DNA from: a virus | Lineage: Duplodnaviria > Caudoviricetes | DNA: 64,000 bases | Virus record (IMG/VR): IMGVR_UViG_3300020042_009256 | Coordinates: 9,168-73,167 of that record | Strand: one strand, 5' to 3' | In this document: piece by piece, positions 27,144-34,982 of the stretch | Numbering within the stretch: position 1 is the stretch's first letter | How the letters are laid out: every line of letters starts with the position of its first letter | Made by a program: the position numbers and the translations under genes | The notes under the pieces: generated by a model | The model's input: the letters and a program-made list of their open reading frames with translations, nothing else | Databases searched by the model: none | What the model was told of the DNA's origin: nothing

Positions 27144-27172
27144 AAAATTACCCCCGTCAAGGGGGTTTTTTA
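27143..27172. terminator. bidirectional intrinsic terminator
   Basis: A run, CCCCC-GTCAA-GGGGG, T run, between convergent genes. A second 8-bp hairpin lies at 27189-27211. Confidence 0.8.
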
Positions 27173-27233
27173 ATAGCGTTGATTAATAATTGTAGTGAAG
27201 TGGACTACAATAATAGAAAAGTAATTGTGGTAA

Positions 27234-29516
27234 TTAACCACCCTGCAGTGCATTAATTTTTGCTTGTAAGTTATCCGTGATAACAGTTAAATCTTGAATT
27301 GCGTTTACCAAGACAGGAATTAAGTAGTCAGTGGTAACGCGGAGTTTTTCACCGTTTTCCGTAACATTAGTAATAACTGCATTATTTTTTTCTAATTCAA
27401 GAATGTCTTGCGCTTTAAAACCATAACGAACAGGACCATAAGGCTCTTCTGTATCTCTATTTTTTTTAAATTGATATGAGATAGGTTTTAATTGTTTAAC
27501 AAATTCAAGTCCATGTGGGACAAGTTTTATATTAGTTTTATCTCTAGCATCTGAAAATTGTGTCCAAGGAGTATGTACATAAGCAAAAGCGGTTGCATTA
27601 GATCCCATTGAAATAACATTGTTTGTGCTACTTAAAAATCCAAATTCTGGATCCCACGCACCCGCAGCATTCATACCACCAATCTGGATATTGCCACCAC
27701 CAGTAGTTGTACCGGATCCAGCGTTCATTCCTACAGCAGTGTTGTAATTGCCTGTGGTAAGTCCAGTAAGAGTTTGATAACCAATTGCTGTATTACCAGT
27801 ACCTGCAGTACAGTTGCGTATTCCAGAAGCGCCGATAGCTGTGTTAAAGTTTCCACTGGTAACGTCTCGGAGTGCATGATAACCAACAGATGTATTGCGC
27901 TGACCGTTAGATGTTACGCCAGCACTTCCAACTTGATTTTCAAAACCAATAGCAGTGTTACCTGAGCCTGTTGCATAAAAACAACTATTCATGCCAACTA
28001 CAACAATACCTGATTTGGTAGTTCCACTAGCAGCTGCTTGGAAACCAACTGCAACATTGTCATGTCCTGCTGTAATACCAGTTAGTGTTGCATCTCCAAT
28101 AGACGTATTACCTGTACCAGTTGTTACAGCATTAAGCGCTATACGACCAAATGCTACGTTACCGGAATTTTGTGTCGCAGTACCACGGCCGACAGTAACT
28201 CCTACACCACTTGCTCCAACAAGGTATAGGGCTCCTGTTGTAGAGAAACTTCCTGCTTGTATAGTTGTGCCTGTAATGAAAACAAAATAACCAGAACCAC
28301 CACTAATAAAATTACCTGTAACCGTAGCACCAGATACTAAAGTTGTGAAAATACCATTAGTCCCTGTAATATTTGTAAATCTTCCTGCGTCACCTGTAAC
28401 TACAGTACCTGAAACTTGAGTTGTAAATACCCCATTAGCACCAGTAATATTGGTAAATTGCCCTGCGTTCCCTGTAACAATTGCTCCAGAAACTTGAGTT
28501 GTGAATACTCCGCTGACGCCCGTAATGTTACTGAATTGCCCTGCGTTACCGGTGACTATTGCACCTGAAACTTGCGTGGTAAATACACCATTAGCACCAG
28601 TAATATTGGTAAATTGCCCTGCGTTCCCCGTAACAATTGCTCCAGAAACTTGAGTTGTGAATACTCCGCTGACACCTGTGATGTTAGAAAATTGTCCCGC
28701 ATCACCGGTTACAATTGTTCCTGAAACTTGAGTTGTGAATACCCCACTAACACCTGTGATGTTACTAAATTGCCCTGCGTTACCGGTGACTATTGCACCT
28801 GAGACTTGAGTAGTAAAAACACCACTAACACCTGTGATGTTACTGAATTGCCCTGCGTTACCGGTGACTATTGCTCCAGAAACTTGAGTTGTGAATACCC
28901 CACTAACACCTGTGATGTTAGAAAATTGTCCCGCGTCTCCTGTAACAACTGCACCCGAGACTTGAGTAGTAAAAACACCACTAACACCTGTGATGTTACT
29001 AAATTGCCCTGCGTTACCGGTGACTATTGCACCCGAGACTTGAGTAGTAAAAACACCACTGACGCCCGTAATGTTACTGAATTGCCCTGCGTTACCGGTG
29101 ACTATTGCACCTGAAACTTGCGTGGTAAATACACCATTAATTCCCGTTATACTGGTAAACCTACCTGCATTACCAGTGACTATAGCTCCGGAGACTTGAG
29201 TGGTAAATACACCATTTAGGCCAACCACATCAGTAAATTTGCCCGAGGTGCCTGTAACCGTTGCACCACTAACAGTGCCACTTACTACTGCATCTGTTTG
29301 AACAACAAGTCCTGAAACAGTAAGCAGTCCCGTAACAGTACCCCCTGCTCCAGGTATAAAAAACGTACTGAGATATTGCGTAAGTCCAGATGTTGTGAGT
29401 TTTTTATTTCTAATAGATGGGTCAACTTCAAATACGTGAACAACAGTGAATAGATCTTGCTGAACAAGATCTACCCCTGCAAGTTCTTGTAAATCGCTAA
29501 TGCGCCTGTTAGCCAC
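27234..29516 (-). CDS. tail fibre with tandem repeats and C-terminal intramolecular chaperone (S74-type)
   Basis: N-terminal RRISDLQEL..D, 26-aa repeats, N(T/V)A.G trimeric beta-roll repeats, SDARDKTNIK..LKPISYQF..GFKAQD chaperone. Confidence 0.9.
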   Translation of the reverse strand: MANRRISDLQELAGVDLVQQDLFTVVHVFEVDPSIRNKKLTTSGLTQYLSTFFIPGAGGTVTGLLTVSGLVVQTDAVVSGTVSGATVTGTSGKFTDVVGLNGVFTTQVSGAIVTGNAGRFTSITGINGVFTTQVSGAIVTGNAGQFSNITGVSGVFTTQVSGAIVTGNAGQFSNITGVSGVFTTQVSGAVVTGDAGQFSNITGVSGVFTTQVSGAIVTGNAGQFSNITGVSGVFTTQVSGAIVTGNAGQFSNITGVSGVFTTQVSGTIVTGDAGQFSNITGVSGVFTTQVSGAIVTGNAGQFTNITGANGVFTTQVSGAIVTGNAGQFSNITGVSGVFTTQVSGAIVTGNAGQFTNITGANGVFTTQVSGTVVTGDAGRFTNITGTNGIFTTLVSGATVTGNFISGGSGYFVFITGTTIQAGSFSTTGALYLVGASGVGVTVGRGTATQNSGNVAFGRIALNAVTTGTGNTSIGDATLTGITAGHDNVAVGFQAAASGTTKSGIVVVGMNSCFYATGSGNTAIGFENQVGSAGVTSNGQRNTSVGYHALRDVTSGNFNTAIGASGIRNCTAGTGNTAIGYQTLTGLTTGNYNTAVGMNAGSGTTTGGGNIQIGGMNAAGAWDPEFGFLSSTNNVISMGSNATAFAYVHTPWTQFSDARDKTNIKLVPHGLEFVKQLKPISYQFKKNRDTEEPYGPVRYGFKAQDILELEKNNAVITNVTENGEKLRVTTDYLIPVLVNAIQDLTVITDNLQAKINALQGG
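28350..29207 (-). repeat. 11 tandem 78-bp repeats plus degenerate flanking copies
   Basis: Unit FTTQVSGAIVTGNAGQFSNITGVSGV, counted in the translation. Confidence 0.95.
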
Positions 29517-29566
29517 GTATTTTACATTGATAGCCTAAATGCATTATAGTGTGTCCGTACTCAATG

Positions 29567-29866
29567 TCATTTGACTTTGATTTCAATTCTTGGCAAGGTT
29601 TTTGCTGCAAAATTCCAGCCAACTTGAATTCCTGTGACAATTCCGCAAGCAATCAAAAAGACGACAATAAGTTCTGCAACCGTTAAGTTGCGTCGAACGT
29701 ATACGTACTGAGGAGGTGATACTGCTTGTGTACGCTGTTCCAAAGCCATTCGGATAGCTGCCTCCTTAGCCCGCGCTTTCATCTGCTCTACTTGCTCTTG
29801 GGTGAAGCCAGGAGGCATTTGAGGAGGCGTCTGAAAAGTTTGGCTTTGTGGGATTTGTTCTTCCAT
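29567..29866 (-). CDS. membrane protein
   Basis: P/Q-rich N-terminus and the TM segment ELIVVFLIACGIVTGIQVGW. Confidence 0.7.
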   Translation of the reverse strand: MEEQIPQSQTFQTPPQMPPGFTQEQVEQMKARAKEAAIRMALEQRTQAVSPPQYVYVRRNLTVAELIVVFLIACGIVTGIQVGWNFAAKTLPRIEIKVK

Positions 29867-29920
29867 GATCCATGCAGAAATATTTTTTACACACTAGCAT
29901 TAAAAAAACATTTTTGCCTT

Positions 29921-30334
29921 ATGCAGTACGGAATTAGAAAAGGATTGGAGGATGTTGCTTTTGAATTAAAAGGCATCAGAAATATCTTGGCTTCCATGTG
30001 GCATAGTCGATACCAAAATCAAGAAACTGATTTGTTAAACCCAGAAGCTTTTGCGGATGAGTACGTATCTACAGAGGAATGTGCACGACGCTTAAATGTA
30101 TCGGATCAAACAATTCGTAATTGGATGGCAACTGGAAAAAAGAACAAAGGCAAGGGCTGGATTGAGGGTGTTCACTACATTAATATTTGTCCGGATGAAG
30201 AAAAACGTGCAGTAGTTCGTATCCCTTGGAATCATTTGGTCCGTTCTTTTTCTAAAGATAGGCCGCTTGTTGCGTCAGATCTTTACAAACTTAAAAGCTT
30301 GTACCAAACTACAACTGAAGGAAAATTAGAATAA
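29921..30334 (+). CDS. helix-turn-helix DNA-binding protein
   Basis: YVSTEECARRLNVSDQTIRNW (excisionase/MerR-like HTH); likely start ATG 29921. Confidence 0.8.
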   Translation: MQYGIRKGLEDVAFELKGIRNILASMWHSRYQNQETDLLNPEAFADEYVSTEECARRLNVSDQTIRNWMATGKKNKGKGWIEGVHYINICPDEEKRAVVRIPWNHLVRSFSKDRPLVASDLYKLKSLYQTTTEGKLE

Positions 30335-30792
30335 TGTCTTACCGTTTCCAAGGGATTTGTATTGATTCTGTTACAATTTACAACTATCAAGAAATTTTAC
30401 CTACATCGTTGGTACTTCAAGTGGAGGATTTTCTTCCGCCTAGTGGTTCTTTTGATAATGTTTGCTTGCGTCGTTACCTGTTAAATATTAAGAACTATGA
30501 AGAAGAAGATGCAAATTCCAATATGACCTTGGCAAATCGATTGCGAATTGCTTTTAAAAACATGCAGCCGGACACAATTTGTGGTAAATTCCCCCAAGCG
30601 GAACTGCCTTTGAAGCGTCGTCTACGCTGCGTAGCTGAGTATCTTATCCGCTCTGGTGAGTTTGATAAAGTTCGGGATGAAAAAGGCAAGCTCATTAAAA
30701 AACGTGGTAACTTGGGCAAACTTGTAGTACTCTATAAACCATTGCCCAAACTTTTAGAATCCCTCGCCAAACAGAATTTATTAGAAAAATGA
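30334..30792 (+). CDS. hypothetical protein
   Basis: TAATG coupling to the upstream gene. Confidence 0.7.
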   Translation: MSYRFQGICIDSVTIYNYQEILPTSLVLQVEDFLPPSGSFDNVCLRRYLLNIKNYEEEDANSNMTLANRLRIAFKNMQPDTICGKFPQAELPLKRRLRCVAEYLIRSGEFDKVRDEKGKLIKKRGNLGKLVVLYKPLPKLLESLAKQNLLEK

Positions 30793-31175
30793 AAAAACGC
30801 GAACAGTTAATTGCATCAGTTATTGGTTCTGACCTGGATCCAACTAAAGCAAAGATGTTGGATGCCACCATCAAATTGATTCTTGGTGACATGGGGCAGC
30901 AGTACTTCAAAATGTGGGAGTACGAGGGCCCTGGCGTCATGGTGTTCCAACCTGAAAATAAAGAACGCTCTATGTTCTTCTTGACCTTAAAAGAAATTCA
31001 TTCTGCACAAGAAGAGTGTGAACGTAGCAATGATGGTGATTTAGCAGAAAGCTTTCGTCGCATTCTTCAAGCAGCGCAAAAAATTGATCCAATTGAAAAA
31101 GCTGGATACGTTATTAATGATAAAGATGGAATGCGATATTTTGAAATTAATTACAACCAAGTTTCTGAATCGTAA
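30789..31175 (+). CDS. hypothetical protein
   Basis: ATGA overlap with the upstream gene. Confidence 0.7.
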   Translation: MKKREQLIASVIGSDLDPTKAKMLDATIKLILGDMGQQYFKMWEYEGPGVMVFQPENKERSMFFLTLKEIHSAQEECERSNDGDLAESFRRILQAAQKIDPIEKAGYVINDKDGMRYFEINYNQVSES

Positions 31176-31762
31176 TGGCAATTCATGATGTTCGAAGTAG
31201 GAAAGAAGATCTTGAGTTGATTACAAATTATGACCTAACGGCGTCTGCTCACGCGTTGCTAAACGGAATCGAATTAGATGTTGCCAGTTCAAAAATAGCA
31301 AATGAATATGTAGAAGCTGAGAAGTTTTTTACACCAATCGATGATGGTTTAAATGCCCAACAATGGTACGGTCGTGTTTATTTGTTTCCTCCAGGGGGCG
31401 CTTATTTTCATGATAAAAAAAATGACCGTTGGAAGATGACTAGAGCTTCATCACCAACTTTGGTTTCATCTCATGCTGTTTGGTTTAGAAAACTATATCG
31501 TTCATGGTTTAACCGAGAAGTTGAACAAGGTTTGTACTTTACCAACTGTCCGGACATGATTCGGTACGAACAAAAAATCTTTGATTTTCCTGTGTGTATT
31601 TTAAAAACAGCGCCAACTTTGGTTAAAAATACCAGTAATGGTATTGACAAACACAAGACGTGCACTTCTTTTTTGGTTTACTTGCCACCCATGGGAGAGT
31701 CCGGGAATGCTGTTCAAAAATTCATTGATATTTACAAAGAGAAGGGTCGGATTCTTTGTTAG
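31175..31762 (+). CDS. phage Dam-like adenine methyltransferase fold with altered catalytic motif
   Basis: ELDVASS..AN..V.A..FFT..DDGL..QWYGRVYLFPPG, where active homologues have NPPY. Confidence 0.7.
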   Translation: MAIHDVRSRKEDLELITNYDLTASAHALLNGIELDVASSKIANEYVEAEKFFTPIDDGLNAQQWYGRVYLFPPGGAYFHDKKNDRWKMTRASSPTLVSSHAVWFRKLYRSWFNREVEQGLYFTNCPDMIRYEQKIFDFPVCILKTAPTLVKNTSNGIDKHKTCTSFLVYLPPMGESGNAVQKFIDIYKEKGRILC

Positions 31763-31795
31763 GTTCTGTAGACTAAAAGACGATTCAAAAGACTG

Positions 31796-32383
31796 ATGAG
31801 CATCCTGGCCGATTGGGAAATTAAATACTTGGCTGAAAACCGAGAGATGATCGCTCCTTTTCAAAATCATCTTGTTAGTGAGCGGGATGGAAACAAAATC
31901 TTAAGTTATGGACTTAGTTCTTATGGTTATGACATTCGATTGTCACCTAAACAATGTTTAATTTTTGGACGTATTCAAGCAGGTGAATGTGATCCAAAGG
32001 AATTCAATCCTGAAATTCTTTGTGAAGCTGAATTATTAGAAGATGAAAAAGGTCAGTATTTCATGCTGCCTCCTTATGGTTATTGTTTGGGTGTTGCTCA
32101 GGAACGACTCAAACTTCCTCGTGATGTAACCGTTGTTGCAGTAGGCAAGTCTACTTATGCACGATCTGGAATCTTAGTTAATATCACCCCAGCGGAATCT
32201 GGGTGGGAAGGTTATCTAACTTTGGAAATCAGTAACTGTACTGGTTTGTTTAATCGAATTTATGCTGACGAAGGTATTACACAACTGCTGTTCTATCGCG
32301 GCAATCCCTGTGAGGTTACTTACCAGGACCGAAAGGGTAAGTATCAAAATCAAGAGAAAGAAATTGTTTTCTCTCAGGTCTAA
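31796..32383 (+). CDS. dcd: dCTP deaminase
   Basis: SYGLSSYGYDIRL, GKSTYARSGI, PAESGWEGYLTLEI, GKYQNQ. Confidence 0.95.
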   Translation: MSILADWEIKYLAENREMIAPFQNHLVSERDGNKILSYGLSSYGYDIRLSPKQCLIFGRIQAGECDPKEFNPEILCEAELLEDEKGQYFMLPPYGYCLGVAQERLKLPRDVTVVAVGKSTYARSGILVNITPAESGWEGYLTLEISNCTGLFNRIYADEGITQLLFYRGNPCEVTYQDRKGKYQNQEKEIVFSQV

Positions 32384-32385
32384 AA

Positions 32386-32826
32386 CTAAAGACCAAACCC
32401 TGTAAATTTACCTGAATAAGGTTGGGGTTTGTTTGCATATTGAGTAGAGCCAGTAGTACCAACCGTATCACCCATGTTGGGCAACACTACGCCTTGAACC
32501 TGTGCTGCAGTTCGAGGCGTTTTACCTTCAATAGTGTTTTCATCAATGGCAGCTTTTTGTTTAAATTTACCAGCACTTTTGGCAGCTGCAAAATATTTTG
32601 CAACTCTATCTTCATCTTTATTTAAAGATTCAACTGACTCACGATCTTGTTCGTTTACGTTGCGAAGATCTGTTCTGTATTTTTGTTCTGGATGTAAATC
32701 AGAAGTATCTGAACTTGATGTTCCAGAGTCGTGTCTGGGGTCATATTCAGGACGCCCTCTCTTGCCAACCCTAGTATCGAAGGGCTCGTCTCTTCTGCCT
32801 TGACGAGGGTCGTAAAATCTTGCCAT
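32386..32826 (-). CDS. hydrophilic hypothetical protein
   Basis: MARFYDPRQ...; likely start ATG 32826 with TACAAT upstream. Confidence 0.65.
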   Translation of the reverse strand: MARFYDPRQGRRDEPFDTRVGKRGRPEYDPRHDSGTSSSDTSDLHPEQKYRTDLRNVNEQDRESVESLNKDEDRVAKYFAAAKSAGKFKQKAAIDENTIEGKTPRTAAQVQGVVLPNMGDTVGTTGSTQYANKPQPYSGKFTGFGL

Positions 32827-32866
32827 GATAGTATTGTAATTGAGAAAATTTAAAGTGTATATAGAC

Positions 32867-33220
32867 ATGCATGGCGCCGCAGGTTTTCTAGATAGTTTTG
32901 TTCAAGACGAAGTTAATTGTCGTTGTCTTGACGAAGATGATTTTGGTGCACCTCTCGATAACAAAGAAAATGATGTACCCTTGTATGACATGTACAATCG
33001 AGGGTTAGCAGCATGCGAGCAAGGAATGGAGAGGAAGAACTTAGGATTGGAGGGCCAGCGAATGGGAATGACTGGATATATCCCCTCAATGGAGGAGGCA
33101 CTCGAGAAATACCCAGCGACAGCACCAAAGCCCAAAGCACTCTTGGTACCCCTACCATCAGCGGATCAGATGCCAGTGGAACAACTCCTGTCCAAGCAGC
33201 GCCGTGGTTTGCTCCGGTAG
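32867..33220 (+). CDS. hypothetical protein
   Basis: MHGAAGFLDSF..; overlaps the next ORF by 208 nt. Confidence 0.6.
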   Translation: MHGAAGFLDSFVQDEVNCRCLDEDDFGAPLDNKENDVPLYDMYNRGLAACEQGMERKNLGLEGQRMGMTGYIPSMEEALEKYPATAPKPKALLVPLPSADQMPVEQLLSKQRRGLLR

Positions 33221-33519
33221 AGGATGACGGTTGTAAAGATGGGGTATGCCCAGTTCCATGGGCAAATCAACCATGGTCAACAAAACCCTATCGTCCTGAA
33301 TTACAGCCTGATTTAGTTAATCATCCGCCGCATTACACCGACGGATCAATCGAATGTATTGACGCAATCGAAGCGCAGCTGACACCAGAAGAGTACCGAG
33401 GTTACTTAAAAGGGAATATTGCCAAGTATGCCTGGCGTGAGCGCCATAAAGGCGGGACAGAATCACTGAGGAAGGCACGCTTTTATTTAGATCGTTTGAT
33501 AATGTTTGACGAAAATTAA
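33013..33519 (+). CDS. DUF3310-type protein
   Basis: VNHPPHYT.GSIECIDAI..GYLKGNIAKY.WR..HKGG.ESL.KA.FYL. Confidence 0.85.
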   Translation: MRARNGEEELRIGGPANGNDWIYPLNGGGTREIPSDSTKAQSTLGTPTISGSDASGTTPVQAAPWFAPVEDDGCKDGVCPVPWANQPWSTKPYRPELQPDLVNHPPHYTDGSIECIDAIEAQLTPEEYRGYLKGNIAKYAWRERHKGGTESLRKARFYLDRLIMFDEN

Positions 33520-33824
33520 AAAGGAATATACTCCTCCTCGTCATCTTCATCATCATCATCATCATCCTCGTCGTCGTACACACATGCGGCGGCGAGGTCA
33601 GCTAGTTCGAGATCAGTAGGTACATCAAAACCTAATTTAATATTTTCATCCTCCAAGAGATCTTTGACTGCGTGCCACTCCATTAAGCGTTGGTGATACA
33701 GATTTAAAAGCGCAACATAAAGTTGATCCCAGGTCATCTCCTGCGCCTGAAGCTCGGCTTTGCGTACAGCAAACTGAAGCTCTAAAGGCAGTTCAAACTC
33801 TCTAGGTTCAGATCCGTTTTCCAT
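33516..33824 (-). CDS. nblA: phycobilisome degradation protein NblA with an acidic C-terminal extension
   Basis: ELPLELQFAVRKAELQAQEMTWDQLYVALLNLYHQRLMEWHAVKDLL aligns gap-free, 18/47 identical, to Nostoc PCC 7120 NblA as recalled (ELSLEQQFSIRSFATQVQNMSHDQAKDFLVKLYEQMVVREATYQELL). Confidence 0.8.
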   Translation of the reverse strand: MENGSEPREFELPLELQFAVRKAELQAQEMTWDQLYVALLNLYHQRLMEWHAVKDLLEDENIKLGFDVPTDLELADLAAACVYDDEDDDDDDEDDEEEYIPF

Positions 33825-33860
33825 CCTTGTTTGCATGGCTTCGATTCAAATATTCTAGAA

Positions 33861-34520
33861 CTAATAGTCGAATACAGAATCTAACTCATCAGAGGGATAG
33901 TCGACCCAAGAACCGTCTTCCAGGCGGAACTCATTAGCAAATTGCGACAATATGTATGGGTTGATACCGTTTTCCAACTGTCGTATCGCTCCTACTTGCT
34001 TAATGGAACCAGCGTAATTACGGAAACAAGTAAGTAAAATATCGGTGGACGGTTTTAAAAGTGTCTGTGATTCCTTTAAGAATAACTTAACCTCTTCCCG
34101 CCTGCGCATCAAAAGCCCGCCAATAGCTTGTTGTTCCTCATCAAAAATCCAACGGCTTATTTCTTCTGCTGCTCCACATAAATCTTCGTGTTCAATGCAA
34201 TCAATTACACGACTGTACAAAAATGATTCCCACCCTATTGAGTGAATAAATGATATCAACGCTTGCCGCATGCATTCATCTAATTGAAGATTTAACGTTT
34301 CAAGCTGGCTATCAATTACATTGATTTCATGAAACAAATATTCAAGCGCTTTGCTTTTACTGCAACACTGTTCTTTTTTTACTGGTAGACCATCTGGATA
34401 AAATTGTGTGCCATATCCAAATGTGTAAGGCTCTTGTCCAGTAATTGGGTTTGCATATGCTTTTTCGTTAAACCCTTCATGTTTGCAAATTAAATCGATA
34501 GCGTACAAAAAATTAGACAT
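33861..34520 (-). CDS. GH24 phage lysozyme with a C-terminal extra domain
   Basis: EGFNEKAY..YTFGYG, ALISF..IG, GLLMRR..E; likely start ATG 34520. Confidence 0.85.
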   Translation of the reverse strand: MSNFLYAIDLICKHEGFNEKAYANPITGQEPYTFGYGTQFYPDGLPVKKEQCCSKSKALEYLFHEINVIDSQLETLNLQLDECMRQALISFIHSIGWESFLYSRVIDCIEHEDLCGAAEEISRWIFDEEQQAIGGLLMRRREEVKLFLKESQTLLKPSTDILLTCFRNYAGSIKQVGAIRQLENGINPYILSQFANEFRLEDGSWVDYPSDELDSVFDY

Positions 34521-34563
34521 GGGGATAACACTTGCTATCCCCAATCATACACAATGTAATTAA

Positions 34564-34689
34564 CTATCGACCCTGGCCACGGCTTGGTTTGCGTCCATGG
34601 TTAGGTTTTGAATGCTTACCATCTCCCTGACGTGAGCGCTTGGGCTTGGATTCAACTGTAAGTGATGTGGTGGACTTTGGTTTTGCCAT
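34564..34689 (-). CDS. 41-aa basic peptide (below the ORF cutoff)
   Basis: MAKPKSTTSLTVESKPKRSRQGDGKHSKPNHGRKPSRGQGR. Confidence 0.7.
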   Translation of the reverse strand: MAKPKSTTSLTVESKPKRSRQGDGKHSKPNHGRKPSRGQGR

Positions 34690-34694
34690 TGAAA

Positions 34695-34982
34695 TTACCA
34701 GTTGTAGTTACACGCCCACCAGCCTGGAGTTAACTTGTCAGTTTTCTCTGAGCAGTTGTGGCGCGATTTAAAGTTAGCACGCCTGCCTTCGTCTTTGTGA
34801 GAAAGGTAGTCGTCGTATCCACGCAAACCAAATCGAACAATCCCTTCCCTACCCTTGTCACAAGCCTTTACAACATATTTGTGTTTATCTCCTTTTGGTG
34901 CACGCTGTGGCTTATTGCAGGCCATCTTGTCCTTTTGATAGCGATGCGCTGCACTAGCTGCTTTTTTTGCTTTATCTGACAT
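34695..34982 (-). CDS. small basic virion-type protein
   Basis: HKYVVKAC..VRFG..RRANFKSRHNC..WACNYNW. Confidence 0.75.
   Translation of the reverse strand: MSDKAKKAASAAHRYQKDKMACNKPQRAPKGDKHKYVVKACDKGREGIVRFGLRGYDDYLSHKDEGRRANFKSRHNCSEKTDKLTPGWWACNYNW

Noticed and set aside
28350-29207. Tandem repeats as a CRISPR array or diversity-generating retroelement template
   Set aside because: Units are contiguous 78-bp in-frame coding repeats with no unique spacers. Variation is mostly synonymous and not adenine-specific, and no reverse transcriptase or cas gene is present.
33530-33580. GAT/GAC/GAG trinucleotide run as a microsatellite or phase-variation site
   Set aside because: The run is mixed-codon and in frame, encoding the acidic NblA tail, so slippage would not switch frames.
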